Assembly (NCBI GenBank): GCA_030141605.1
Contig: JAQGDQ010000619.1
Span: 62,001 to 126,000, forward strand
Length of the DNA: 64,000 nt
Direction of reading: 5' to 3'
Source: Tubiluchus corallicola
Taxonomy: Eukaryota; Animalia; Priapulida
The position numbers and the translations under genes are program-made. The notes beneath the pieces were generated by a model. That model did not search any database. It worked only from the letters and a program-made list of their open reading frames with translations, and was not told the origin of the DNA. Of this stretch, positions 27,735 through 42,477 are shown piece by piece (position 1 is the stretch's first letter; every line of letters starts with the position of its first letter).

Positions 27735-29262
27735 CACAGACGTGACCATAACATTGCCCTTGGCGGTGATTAAAGTACTGCTGCATCTTACACAGACATG
27801 ACCATAACAGTGCCCTTGGCGGTGCTTAAAGTACTGCTGCATCTTACACAGACATGACCATAACATTGCCCTTGGCGGTGATTAAAGTACTGCTGCATCT
27901 TACACAGACATGACAATAACATTGCCCTTGGCGGTGATTAAAGTACTGCTGCATCTTACACAGACATGACCATAACATTGCCCTTGGCGGTGCTTAAAGT
28001 ACTGCTGCATCTTACACAGACATGACCATAACATTGCCCTTGGCGGTGCTTAAAGTACTGCTGCATCTTACACAGACATGACCATAACATTGCCCTTGGC
28101 GGTGCTTAAAGTACTGCTGCATCTTACACAGACATGACAATAACATTGCCCTTGGCGGTGATTAAAGTACTGCTGCATCTTACACAGACATGACCATAAC
28201 ATTGCCCTTGGCGGTGCTTAAAGTACTGCTGCATCTTACACAGACATGACAATAACATTGCCCTTGGCGGTGATTAAAGTACTGCTGCATCTTACACAGA
28301 CATGACCATAACATTGCCCTTGGCGGTGCTTAAAGTACTGCTGCATCTTACACAGACATGACAATAACATTGCCCTTGGCGGTGATTAAAGTACTGCTGC
28401 ATCTTACACAGACATGACCATAACATTGCCCTTGGCGGTGCTTAAAGTACTGCTGCATCTTACACAGACATGACAATAACATTGCCCTTGGCGGTGATTA
28501 AAGTACTGCTGCATCTTACACAGACATGACCATAACATTGCCCTTGGCGGTGCTTAAAGTACTGCTGCATCTTACACAGACATGACAATAACATTGCCCT
28601 TGGCGGTGATTAAAGTACTGCTGCATCTTACACAGACATGACCATAACATTGCCCTTGGCGGTGCTTAAAGTACTGCTGCATCTTACACAGACATGACAA
28701 TAACATTGCCCTTGGCGGTGATTAAAGTACTGCTGCATCTTACACAGACATGACCATAACATTGCCCTTGGCGGTGCTTAAAGTACTGCTGCATCTTACA
28801 CAGACATGACAATAACATTGCCCTTGGCGGTGATTAAAGTACTGCTGCATCTTACACAGACATGACCATAACATTGCCCTTGGCGGTGCTTAAAGTACTG
28901 CTGCATCTTACACAGACATGACCATAACATTGCCCTTGGCGGTGCTTAAAGTACTGCTGCATCTTACACAGACATGACCATAACATTGCCCTTGGCGGTG
29001 CTTAAAGTACTGCTGCATCTTACACAGACACGACCATAACATTGCCCTTGGCGATGCTTAAAGTACTGCTGCATCTCACACAGACACGACCATAACATTG
29101 CCCTTGGCGGTGCTTAAAGTACTGCTGCATCTCACACAGACATGACTATAACATTGCCCTTGGCGGTGCTTAAAGTACTGCTGCATCTTACACAGACATG
29201 ACCATAACATTGCCCTTGGCGGTGCTTAAAGTACTGCTGCATCTTACACAGACATGACCATA
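27735..29262. repeat. 56-bp minisatellite, ~27 near-identical copies
   Basis: cacagacatgaccataacattgcccttggcggtgcttaaagtactgctgcatctta; the central part alternates two variants. Confidence 0.97.
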
Positions 29263-30038
29263 GCACACCGTCAACCACATGAAAATATAAACCAAATTTA
29301 TTTTACTCAAATACATGGCGTTTCGATCCACTGGATCTGAAATTTACTCATAAATATATAAAAAAGTTATATCAAAAATATATAAAAACACAGTAAACAA
29401 CTATATAATCGATATAAATAAAACTAATCAATACATATGTATGTGTGCACATATAGATACTTATTGCATTGATCTAGCCTACCTTCGGTTTACGTTTGTC
29501 ACTACATTGGTCACTACATTTGCAAAGCCACGTATTTCAAATACAAGATTTAGTAAGGTTATTTATAACTTTGAAGAAAGTGATTTTCATAGCGCGTGTG
29601 AACATGTGAAAGTGTGAACAGAGTCTAATTTTAGTGTTGCTGACCTAATCAAGTGTCATTCATTTTCGCGTGTGCTATTTGTATATGCCACGTAATTTAG
29701 ATGTTTTTTGTCTCTCAGTTGTGACATTGCCGTGGGGAGGGTCATTTTATCAGCCCATTTGCTACAGGCAGAGCTTCTGACAAATTGGATTTTAATGTGT
29801 CTGTGTAGCAAATATAGAGCTCTCATTGATCTTTTGATCGCATCTTTTCACTGCTTAAACTTGTCAACTCATCTGTCACGTGTAAAAGTTTCTGCTAACA
29901 GACGTATGCATTTGAAAATGGCAAGAGTTATTTCACTAACTTGACGCGGTGAAGGTTTTCAATCTTGGTACTTGACAAGTGGAGCATTCGTAAGGTAACA
30001 GATCAGGTAATGATTTATCATGTAAGTGGTTCATTGCA

Positions 30039-30350
<312 letters not shown>

Positions 30351-30653
30351 CCCTCTCCCTCTCTCCCTCTCCATTTCCCTTTCCCTCACCCTCCTCCTCC
30401 CACGCCGCCCCCTCCCTCTGAAGCAATTCCTTCGTTAATTAATTAATTAACTAGAGCTGTTTTCTAATTAATTAATTAACTAAATGAAAGATCACGAAGA
30501 GCAGAGTGTATGGGTACTACTTATATGACACGCAGTGATCTGTTCCGTGTACAATGGTAGGTACAAACTTCGTATTGATGGCTATACAATTTTACTGTTT
30601 GCTTTTACTCATGTATAAAATGCGTATATTTATTTTGTGCCTAATAAATACTA

Positions 30654-30697
<44 letters not shown>

Positions 30698-31351
30698 AAG
30701 AAGAACAATATCAATAACAATAATAATAGCAATACTAAAAGTATCTGGGAAACCCACAAAGTTAGCCCTATATTTATCTTTGCTTATAAATTTTTTTATA
30801 ATAAATATTGAAGAAACTGCGCTTCTCTGTTCGTCCGTTCTTCTGCTGCTTTCACTTTGATCATCATGCTCATGATGCTGCAGAGTTACCTGTGTACACC
30901 TGCCTGGCTGATAGATTTAGTTTAATCCTATATAAATGGATTATTTCAAGAACAAAAACTGACCTTAAGAACGATGGAACCCTATAGTGGAAACTTCCGC
31001 GAGACAACACAGTGACGTCTGCTAAGCTTGTAAATATAAATAACAGGTAAGCTTATTATACACCTGTACAGGTAAGCTTATTATACACCTGTAAACAAGC
31101 AATTACCAACAACAAGAGCAACCGCACGCTTTAAATATCATCTAGATCAACTAGGCAACCCTGAAGTAGTAACTTCCCCGGGGGGGGGGGGGTGCTTGTG
31201 GTTCGTGTGTACTTTTAGTCTATATCTATTATTATGTTAAATTGAATTCATATAATGGGACCGTGCGCATGCGCTTTCAGTGACTTCAGATTGTCTTGAT
31301 TGAATAAATGAATTACTGCAGATACTATAGTGAATTGGATTTATTTATAAT

Positions 31352-31800
31352 AATATATACATATACTAATCTATGGGCTGGAAGCAGCACCTCTAAAGAA
31401 GACCGAAGAGAAGAAAATGGATGTGGCGGAGATGAGGATGTTGAGAGGGATGGTGGGAGTAACAAGAAGGGATAAAATCAGGAATAGTAATATTAGAGGA
31501 ACAGTGAAAGTAGTGGAAGCCTCGAAAAAGATACAAGAGGCAAGATTGCGATGGTATGGGCACCTGAAAAGAAGAGTCGGGGAAAATCACGTGGGAAGGG
31601 AGGTCATGGAAATGGAAGTGCTGGGAAATAGAAGAAGAGGACGACCCAAGCGGAGATGGATTGAATGTATTAATGGAGGCCTTAGAGAGAAGAACATAAA
31701 TGAAGAGATGGCCAACAACAGGAATGCATGGAGAAGACTCATTCACAACGGCGACCCCGCATAGGGAAAAGCTGGGAAGAAGAAGAATATATACATATAC
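31352..31800 (+). mobile_element. 5'-truncated RTE (BovB/Expander-like) LINE with a 15-bp TSD
   Basis: EMRMLRGMVGVTRRDKIRN...RLRWYGH...RGRPKRRW; (GAA)n tail; exact TSD aatatatacatatac at 31352-31366 and 31786-31800. Confidence 0.92.
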
Positions 31801-32664
31801 ATTTAGTCACAAACATTGTCATATTACAAGTGACACAAGTCACTGTGAAACGGAGGAAGGAGTTTTATGCACTCAGGTCTTCCTTTAAATAGTACAGCAA
31901 TTGGCAATTAACATTATTTAATAATTATCACGTATTATAAACGTGTACTGTTAAACAAAATAAGTTTTGTTAGTAACTTAATGGAAGACTGGGTGATTTT
32001 TCATATACTGCCCCATTTTCAAGTACGATAAAAAGTATACATTTTAATACAATTAATACTGCAAAAGCGTTTCTGATAATTAAACAATAGATTAAAAACT
32101 TAATTAACGAGCCCAGCTGTTGATGACATCACAAACTAACATGTTTTTCAACAGTAAAAACATTCCACCAGCGTGTTGCACGTGTTTGCGAAAAAGTGAA
32201 AATTGAAGTGCAGTGCTACTGTAAGATATACAGTGTGTTGTACTAAAACTAGTCAAGTTTTAAGATAAAAATTGAAATTTCAAATTTACCGCTGTGCTCA
32301 CGCATGAGCTGTCGAACGTGTGTAGTTCGTCACAAACTAACACGTCTGAACTGAGAGGTACAGCACCTGTTTTTTGTACAACACGTTTCGGAAATGCAGG
32401 CACTAGTGCCCGTCTAACTAGCGAATGACGAAATGCATGTAGCAGTGAATAACTAGTGGCACGAACTTGAAATTGTGTTTGTGTGGTAATAATTCTTTCA
32501 CGTAAATCATTTTTGAAAAAAATAGTATGTTTTCTTTCATTATTTTAAGGAGTAGATTGTTTTGACCTACAGTTTAAGCTTGGGTCCGGTTTTGCTTTAA
32601 TATCAGGCTGGGTTCAGGTTGTTGTGAGTTAATTATGCCGTTGCACTAAGTATTGCTTTGATGC

Positions 32665-33305
32665 TTTTTTTTAAATTGAGCTGTTTAGCTCCGGATGCTG
32701 CTGCTGCTGATGATGATGCTGATGATAATAACCATGATGACAACGTTGACGACAACGTTGACGACAACGGCGATGACGATAATGATAACGATGATATCAG
32801 TAGAGAACATGTTGTAGTTGTACAAGTTTTGGCTGTAGAGTAATAAATATGTGGTCGTTTTGTGTCTTTTTATTCGTGAGTGTTGAATTCTTAGAAATAT
32901 TGATTTACTTGACAAATGCAGCAGTTTGTGACGCTCGTAAATTTTATATAGACTGGAGTGTCTATTAAACCCACACCTGTCATTGTGTCCACAGTTTATT
33001 GCGCCATGCAAAAGCCGATGAAGAAGTTTTTTGGTCGTAAACTTTTTTTTATTGTGAAATTTCTTTTGTGCAAAAATTCAGGAAAACCTATTCGCCGTAC
33101 GTCGTCAAAATTGGGAGAGGCGGACATCATTGGTGAAAAAAGATTTTTAAATTGAGCTATTTAGCTACGGATGCTGCTGAAGATGATGATGATGATGCTG
33201 TTGATGATGATGATGATGATGATAACCATGATGACAACGTTGACGACAACGGCGATGATGATAATGATGACGATGATATCTCTAGAGAACATGTTGTAGT
33301 TGTAT
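32665..33305. repeat. Direct duplication of a ~165-bp GAT/GAC-rich segment (32665-32825 and 33143-33305)
   Basis: Both copies read ttaaattgagct.tttagct.cggatgctgctg...agagaacatgttgtagttgta. Confidence 0.85.
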
Positions 33306-33418
33306 TAAAATCTTTTTGTTGTATTAGAAATAGTTAAAAGAGCAAATTTAGTACAGCATGGCTGGCATTTTTTAGTGTAATATACGTATTTTGAACTTTT
33401 CTGTAAATTCAGTTTATT

Positions 33419-33700
33419 AGACCAGACGGTTTAGTCTAGTGGTAACGCGTCCGCTTTCCGTCTGGGAGGTCGTGAGTTCAAATCAGCGGCCGGGTCGTAC
33501 TAAAGACTTTAAAAATGGTACCTGCTGTTGCCCTGCCTGACGCGTTGTATTTAGGGTAAAAGTGGGGTAATAATAGTCTCTGTTATGTAGTTGTAGGTTG
33601 TTATTTACAGTCGGTGATAATAGCTCTTTGAGCTAATGTTAATTGTTGACCCAAAAGCCGACTTTAAATAAAGATTATTATTATTATTATTTATTATTAT

Positions 33701-33736
<36 letters not shown>

Positions 33737-33769
33737 TTGTTATTGTTATTGTTATTGTTATTGTTATTG

Positions 33770-33854
<85 letters not shown>

Positions 33855-33855
33855 G
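33419..33855 (+). mobile_element. tRNA-derived SINE with Meta/MESC-like central domain and (ATT)n tail
   Basis: A box tagtctagtggt; B box gagttcaaatc; core gtcgtactaaagactttaaaaatggtacctgctgttgccctgcctg; aaataaag then (ATT)n. Confidence 0.75.
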
Positions 33856-34426
33856 TAGCATTTAATAATTCCACTTGTCTAATAATTAAATGTTGCTTAT
33901 TATATCAACAATTTTAGCATCTGTTGAACCAAAGTACATCTAGATTATGTGATTAAATTATCTTATAGCAATCACACAGCTTATTCGAGTTTCAGAATTT
34001 GCAATTATTCAAGATATTTCAAGGTTCCTACGCGTTTCAGAACGATTGAAACATCGTGTCAACGACTCAATCCAGCAAAGCTGTAACTTGTTATTCTGTA
34101 TTATAAATTTCTAATCAGACTATATTAGGTGTCGTTTCATATCAGATCAAATTGAATTAGAACAGCAATTGTTACTAGTAAGAATTCAAATCTCTTGTGT
34201 AATCACAATAGGTAATTCGCTTAAGTTAAGTTAGCAGTTTCAATTAAGTCACGCGATTGAATAGACTGCTACAATTATTCGAGGACGTAAATGATTACTT
34301 GAGTTGATTGATCAGGCGGTAGAGGCTTTGATGGAACCTCTGTATGTCGTAGTTTGTATGTTGCTGTACGGTATACGTTCGTCCTGATTTACCCTGATTT
34401 TAAGTCAAATTTATCATGGATTAACA

Positions 34427-36120
34427 TGGTGCCTGCTTATTCTGGTTTGCCATGACCTCAACTCAAGTTTATGCAGAATTAACACGACTTTGGTGCCTGC
34501 TTATTCTGGTTTGCATTGACCTCAACTCAAGTTTATCCAGAGTTAACATGACTTTGGTGCCTGCTTATTCTGGTTTGCATTGACCTCAACTCAAGTTTAT
34601 CCAGAATTAACGTGACTTTGGTGCCTGCTTATTCTCGTTTGTCATGACCTCAACTCAAGTTTATCCAGAATTAACATGACTTTGGTGCCTGCTTATTCTG
34701 GTTTGTCATGACCTCAACTCAAGTTTATCCAGAATTAACGTGACTTTGGTGCCTGCTTATTCTGGTTTGTCATGACCTCAACTCAAGTTTATCCAGAATT
34801 AACATGACTTTGGTGCCTGCTTATTCTGGTTTGTCATGACCTCAACTCAAGTTTATCCAGAATTAACGTGACTTTGGTGCCTGCTTATTCTGGTTTGTCA
34901 TGACCTCAACTCAAGTTTATCCAGAATTAACATGACTTTGGTGCCTGCTTATTCTGGTTTGACATGACCTCAACTCAAGTTTATCCAGAATTAACATGAC
35001 TTTGGTGCCTGCTTATTCTGGTTTGTCATGACTTCAACTCAAGTTTATCCAGAATTAACGTGACTTTGGTGCCTGCTTATTCTGGTTTGTCATGACCTCA
35101 ACTCAAGTTTATCCAGAATTAACATGACTTTGGTGCCTGCTTATTCTGGTTTGTCATGACCTCAACTCAAGTTTATCCAGAATTAACATGACTTTGGTGC
35201 CTGCTTATTCTGGTTTGTCATCACCTCAACTCAAGTTCATCCAGAATTAACGTGACGTTGGTGCCTGCTTATTCTGGTTTGTCATCACCTCAACTCAAGT
35301 TTATGCAGAATTAACACGACTTTGGTGCCTGCTTATTCTGGTTTGTCATGACCTCAACTCAAGTTCATCCAGAATTAACATGACTTTGGTGCCTGCTTAT
35401 TCTGGTTTGTCATCACCTCAACTCAAGTTCATCCAGAATTAACGTGACGTTGGTGCCTGCTTATTCTGGTTTGTCATGACCTCAACTCAAGTTTATGCAG
35501 AATTAACACGACTTTGGTGCCTGCTTATTCTGGTTTGTCATGACCTCAACTCAAGTTCATCCAGAATTAACATGACTTTGGTGCCTGCTTATTCTGGTTT
35601 GTCATCACCTCAACTCAAGTTCATCCAGAATTAACGTGACGTTGGTGCCTGCTTATTCTGGTTTGTCATGACCTCAACTCAAGTTTATCCAGAATTAACA
35701 TGACTTTGGTGCCTGCTTATTCTGGTTTGTCATGACCTCAACTCAAGTTCATCCAGAATTAACGTGACGTTGGTGCCTGCTTATTCTGGTTTGTCATCAC
35801 CTCAACTCAAGTTTATCCAGAATTAACATGACTTTGGTGCCTGCTTATTCTGGTTTGTCATGACCTCAACTCAAGTTTATGCAGAATTAACACGACTTTG
35901 GTGCCTGCTTATTCTGGTTTGTCATTACCTCAACTCAAGTTTATCCAGAATTAACATGACTTTGGTGCCTGCTTATTCTGGTTTGTCATGACCTCAACTC
36001 AAGTTCATCCAGAATTAACGTGACTTTGGTGCCTGCTTATGCTGGTTTGCCATCACCTCAACTCAAGTTCATCCAGAATTAACGTGACTTTGGTGCCTGC
36101 TTATGCTGGTTTGCCATGAC
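34427..36120. repeat. 64-bp minisatellite, ~26 copies
   Basis: ttggtgcctgcttattctggtttgtcatgacctcaactcaagtttatccagaattaacatgact, period 64. Confidence 0.97.
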
Positions 36121-37019
36121 GTCAATTCAACGTTTTCCTGGTTTCAAACAGCTTTGGTACGTAGTTTTAAGGGGGGCATTTGCCCCCTGCCCTCCTGCCA
36201 GGAGAACCCCGGCTAAGAACTTCTTTTATAAATGTAATAATTAATAAATTTGCCTGAATAAGCAGCTAATAGTTTTTTAAATTTTTCACAAAATTGAATT
36301 CTTTTCCTTTTAATTTTTGCTTCATGAAAGACCAGAGTGTTACAATGGGATTAAAATGGGGTGATTGGGAGGACCTTAGCAATAACCACCCAAAAAAACC
36401 TCTAAAATCTGAATACTTGTACTTTCCAAACTACCTATGCGACGTGAAGTGAACACGTGACATACCCCCCGTGGACTAACTCTTTACCTTAGCGTGTTTT
36501 GAATGTTCCCCACAGAGAATGAAGGTACAATGATCCTGCTTTGCAAGCGCCTCGTTTATTATTCACTTTTTATTAATATGATATCAAACTTATGTGGACA
36601 AGCTATGTTTCTTCTTCTTCATTCTTGTGTGGGGGTCGGTCACACATTGTGAAATTCACCTGTGACGAACATGACGTATTACGAAAAATGCCTCATTGTT
36701 ATTAGCATAATAAATTCGCTTGTTTAATGGCAACGTCAACGTAAATTACGGCTAATTGATTCGTGAAACCTGTTTTCTGGCTTGGGAAAATAAGTGACTA
36801 CTAAATCAGATCTGTTGTAATTCTCGATCTTCTTTTATCTGCATTTTTCTCACGCATCACAGCTGTGAACTCGCTCAGGCATTTTGTTAACAAATGTAAC
36901 GAAGAAAGCTTGTTAACACCTAGGAAGCATTTTGAGATAGTGACAAGTTCGTTTTAATGATTTTTATTGGATTTTGATTGATGTTATTCAGTTGTTGCTC
37001 CTGGTAAACGACCTTGTGC

Positions 37020-37395
37020 ATAATTTATGCATAAAACAAATCAAGTCTTTCGACGAATTCAAATCGAAATTAAAAATACATACATTAAATCGTTTTGAAA
37101 ACCCAACACACGTAAACGATAATATATATTCATCCACAAATTTTATTTACCCACGTCCATTTTAAATTATATGTATATATTGTATATAGTCTATTATAAT
37201 TTCCGTGTAACATTATAATGTATATTTTGTTTTAAATTTTTGGCACAGTAGTTTTTAGTTTGCACTGGACGCATTTGCCTTTAACAGTTGTGTGAATTTT
37301 TATTCTCATGCTGCGATGTTCTTTTATGCTTTTATAGTTATGAATATCGATTTTTTATGGCAAATAAAGATTATTATATATATAAAGATTATTAT
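37020..37395 (+). mobile_element. LINE 3' fragment related to the one in the 24.6-26.8 kb inverted repeat
   Basis: IKQIKSFDEFKSKLK...NFIYPRPF then stop; shared gcacagtagttt...gcactg.acgcatttgccttta motif; ggcaaataaagattatt tail. Confidence 0.75.
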
Positions 37396-37780
37396 ATATA
37401 TATATATATATATAGTTGTGCAAAATGTAGTTTCAGACATGTACTTTATCATTTTTACTCTGTTATTGATTCGTTTTCTTGTTTCCTGGCCCTCTATGGG
37501 CTCTGCTTTGTTTTTTTTTCATTTTGGCGGGAAAAACTTCCCAATTTCCTGATCCATCCTGAAATGTCCTTAAGAGGAAAATTTATGAATGAAAATTGAG
37601 TCGACCATTTATAAATTTTAAGGCTTCTGTTCGTTGTTAACAGATGGCAGTGCATAAGCGCATGGCAGAGCATGGCAACGCAACAACTGACGCCGTCTGA
37701 ATTTTTTAACCTTGTTTTTAAGTTAGTGTAAATTTAAAGACGTCCCTCTAATTTTAACGAATTTTAATTGGAACTGCTAA

Positions 37781-38311
37781 AAAATCGCTATTTCGTTTGT
37801 ATTATAAGTGCATCTAAGCACTACCAGAGCCACTTTGCTAAATTTTAAGACTATTTTATTCATTTAAATGTGATTACATATCAACTGCAATAAAATCGCT
37901 ATTTCGTTTGTATTATAAGTGCATCTAAGCACTACCAGAGCCACTTTGCTAAATTTTAAGACTATTTTATTCATTTAAATGTGATTACATATCAACTGCA
38001 ATAAAATTGCCATTTCGTTTGTATTATAAGTGCATCTAAGCACTACCAGAGCCACTTTGCTAAATTTTAAGACTATTTTATTCATTTAAATGTGATTACA
38101 TATCAACTGCAATAAAATTGCTATTTCGTTTGTATTATAAGTGCATCTAAGCACTACTAGAGCCACTTTGCTAAATTTTAAGACTATTTTAGTCATTTAA
38201 ATGTGAGTACATATCAACTGCTATAAAATTGCTTTTTAGTTTGTATTATAAGTGCATCTAAGCACTACCAGAGCCACTTTGCTAAATTTTATGACTATTT
38301 TAGTCATTTAA
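37781..38311. repeat. 111-bp tandem repeat, ~5 copies
   Basis: attataagtgcatctaagcactac recurs at 37801, 37912 and onward. Confidence 0.93.
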
Positions 38312-38874
38312 ATTAAAATGTGTCTATCAGCTTGACCGGACAAACGTGATTTCATCTTCTACGTATATTAAACGTTCAGAGATTCTTGTCTGTTGGTGGT
38401 CAGCAATGCTGGACACAGGTTCCACTCCCTAATCTCGTCCATTGGTCACTTCATGGAACGGCACAGCGATTCTCAAATAGTGAAATCTAGTTTGGACTGG
38501 ACTTTGCTTGCTGCTTTTGTAATTGCTTTGTACCCGCCTTGTTAGTTTCGCCAAATCCGTGTTTTGTCTAAAACTAGCCGTTTAAACACCAAACCACTTT
38601 CTTGCCAAGGTTAAGCGCTTTCTTTTACTTATTCGAGCAAGCTGTTAGCATACTTTCACTTTCAGTGCTGCTCTTTGTTCTTTTATCTTACTGTTTCTTT
38701 TAAACACTTTCTTTCGCTTCCCTGCAAAATCGATTTGGGAAAGGACGCTCGAACGAGTCTTGAAAAATAATGTAAGAAATGCTCGTTTCAAGGTTGAAAA
38801 GCTTTGTCAATTACTAATTGTTGTTTTTGCAAAGTTGTTCACGCCTCTTTAAAACGAAAGAAATGGTCTAAATG

Positions 38875-39407
<533 letters not shown>

Positions 39408-40149
39408 TATTATTATTATAACTCTTTTATTTAACCTCTTTTTGCAGGTATACAATGAATCATTTCAATCTAATACATCCAAGGAAATACAATTATACAT
39501 TATGACACAGGTAACAAAAGTACAACTAGATCCAAAAACAAGTCACACAAAAAGACATTATGAATAATTCTAGACAATGGTAAGAACAAATTGACACACA
39601 ATACTCAGATGTTGTTTGTACATATAATACAAGAAAAATAATTACACAAAATACAACATTCACGTACAAACTATATAAATAATCACAACTAGAATTAGTA
39701 GCAACTATGGTTCAGAAAGTTTACCCATATTTATGTTAAGCTTACCCTGCATTGTTATAATTATAACAAAATATATAAATTTATTTATCTTACTGCTTTT
39801 TCACAGTGTGTCAGCATAGATAACTCGAAGTGCATTAAACCTAAATTCTATGCATTTAGTATAGTGCAAAGAGTGTGGAATGTTACTGGGTGACGTACGG
39901 TGATGAGACATGTGCAGTTTAAACGATCATTTATCACCACTGAATTAGGTCTTTATTTAAATATACTGAATAGACGTGTAACAGAGGTCGCTCAAAGACT
40001 CTTGTTCATGTTGTCATTCAAGCAAGACTAGTTCTTCTTTGTTTGTTTGTTTGTCAGCTAACATCAACAATTGTTTGTTAATAAATGGCTCATTCTAAGG
40101 TTGAGGACATTTGTCATGAGAAGAACACAAATATTGAAATTCTCCATGA

Positions 40150-40827
40150 AAATTGGTTTTACCATGATAAATTAAATGCAATACTTCTGCCCGAAAACCT
40201 TAATATAGCTGTTTTAGGAAATAATGATCTGTCGAAGTTGTTATTATTCGGAAAAGATGAATTTAACTATGTTGCTAACTGTAAAATATTCCAATGTATA
40301 CATGACTTTATATTACGTACTAAACGCTTCCAGTAGTTTCTATCTGGTATAAAATGCATCAGTCTTAAATAATCGTACATTAATATTTACTAACCGTCAT
40401 TTTTTACTAATGTCTAATGTATCACTGTAGTAAAACTTTAGTATACTAAAGTCTACTAAAAGCTAAGTATAGTCTATTCTTACTGTAAATGTTACTAATG
40501 TCTAATGTATCGCTGTAGTAAAACTTGTCAGCTTGTGTGGTTATAGTCAATTCTTACTGTAAATGTTATTAATGTCTAATGTATTCTTGTAGTAAAACTT
40601 GTCAGCTTGTGTAGTTATAGTCTATTCTTACTGTAAATGTTACTAATATCTAATGTAATCTTGTAGTAAAACTTGTCAGCTTGTGTAGTCATAGTCTATT
40701 CTTACTGTAAATGTTCTTGTAAATAGTGTATAAAGTCTGTTGTGGTGAGGATCCTAAATCATGTTGTTCAAACTGTCTGATCCAATCCTAAATAAATTAT
40801 GTTTAAACTAAACTAAATTGGTTTTAC
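40150..40827 (+). mobile_element. 5'-truncated non-LTR retrotransposon with a 13-bp TSD
   Basis: LLLFGKDEFNYVANCKIFQCIHDFILRTKRFQ; 3' UTR with internal ~80-bp repeats; (AACTA) tail; TSD aaattggttttac at 40150-40162 and 40815-40827; second copy at 61685-62200. Confidence 0.88.
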
Positions 40828-40935
40828 AGTCGCCTGACTATAAAGTATTGTTGCAAAACTTCGACATTAGGTTTTTGAGAAATTTCGGTTTTTACTAATC
40901 GCCAGATTATTAATACAAATTACTTATTTTTATAG

Positions 40936-41147
40936 TTGAGTTTTGCTATGAGCCTACTGGGTGGTGCACAGATTGTACTGCTCGACGAGCCATCTACCGG
41001 CATGGATCCAAAAGCTAAGAGGTTCCTATGGGATACTATCAGCTCCAGCGTCGTGGGGCAACGCGGTGCACTTCTGACCACTCATTCCATGGAAGAGGCG
41101 GATGTGCTGTGTGGGCGAGTGGGGATCATAACTTCCGGAGCTCTGAG
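40936..41147 (+). CDS. ABCA-subfamily transporter (ABCA5-like), NBD2 Walker B/H-loop exon
   Basis: tatag acceptor; LSFAMSLLGGAQIVLLDEPSTGMDPKAKRFLW...LTTHSMEEAD..C.RV.I; phase-2 GT donor at 41148. Confidence 0.93.
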
Positions 41148-41410
41148 GTTTGTGAAATTTGTGATTGTTAGCAAAAGTAAGTTTTAAAAAATGTCGCCCT
41201 GGTTTAAGGCTCAAATTTGGTCCTCCTTGTCTCGTTGAACAGCTCTGTGTGTTATACACTCATTCGTTCATTCATTTATTCTTTCATTCGTTCATTCATT
41301 CGTTCATTCATTCATTCATTCATTCATTCATTCATTTGTTGTTTTCTCTTACTCTCATTCACATGTTCTCCTTAGATTTTTTTCTTCAATATCATTCCAA
41401 AAACCTTGCA

Positions 41411-42452
41411 CTAACCTTGTTTCAAGTGTATACCAGGTCCTTCCAGTAACCTTGTTTCAAGTGTATACCCGGTCCTTCCAATAACCTTGTTTCAAGTGTA
41501 TACCCGGTCCTTCCAATAACCTTGTTTCAAGTGTACACCAGGTCCTTCCAATAACCTTGTTTCAAGTGTATACCAGGTCCTTCCAATAACCTTGTTTCAA
41601 GTGTACACCAGGTCCTTCCAATAACCTTGTTTCAAGTGTACACCAGGTCCTTCCAATAACCTTGTTTCAAGTGTGTACCACTTCCTTCCAATAACCTTGT
41701 TTCAAGTGTGTACCAGGTCCTTCCAATAACCTTGTTTCAAGTGTACTCCAGGTCCTTCCAATACCTTGTTTCAAGTGTACACCAGGTCCTTCCAATAACC
41801 TTGTTTCAAGTGTATACCAGGTCCTTCCAATAACCTTGTTTCAAGTGTACACCAGGTCCTTCCAATAACCTTGTTTCAAGTGTACACCAGGTCCTTCCAA
41901 TAACCTTGTTTCAAGTGTACACCAGATCCTTCCAATAACCTTGTTTCAAGTGTGTACCAGGTCCTTCCAATAACCTTGTTTCAAGTGTACACCAGGTCCT
42001 TCCAATAACCTTGTTTCAAGTGTATACCAGGTCCTTCCAATAACCTTGTTTCAAGTGTATACCAGGTCCTTCCAATAGCCTTGTTTCAAGTGTGTACCAG
42101 GTCCTTCCACTAACCTTGTTTCAAGTGTATACCAGGTCCTTCCAATAACCTTGTTTCAAGTGTACACCAGGTCCTTCCAATAACCTTGTTTCAAGTGTGT
42201 ACCAGGTCCTTCCAATACCCTTGTTTCAAGTGTATACCAGGTCCTTCCACTAACCTTGTTTCAAGTGTATACCAGGTCCTTCCAATAGCCTTGTTTCAAG
42301 TGTATACCAGGTCCTTCTAATAACCTTGTTTCAAGTGTGTACCAGGTCCTTCCAATAACCTTGTTTCAAGTGTGTACCAGGTTCTTACAATAACCTTGTT
42401 TCAAGTGTACACCAGGTCCTTCCAATAACCTTGTTTCAAGTGTATACCAGGT
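41411..42452. repeat. 35-bp minisatellite, ~30 copies
   Basis: ataaccttgtttcaagtgtacaccaggtccttcca, period 35. Confidence 0.97.
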
Positions 42453-42477
42453 ATATTGAATATTATTGATAATACTA

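Noticed and set aside
31885-32225. Additional Kolobok-like element
   Set aside because: The terminal similarity (ttaaatagtacagca / tgcagtgctactgtaa) is too degenerate to support on its own.
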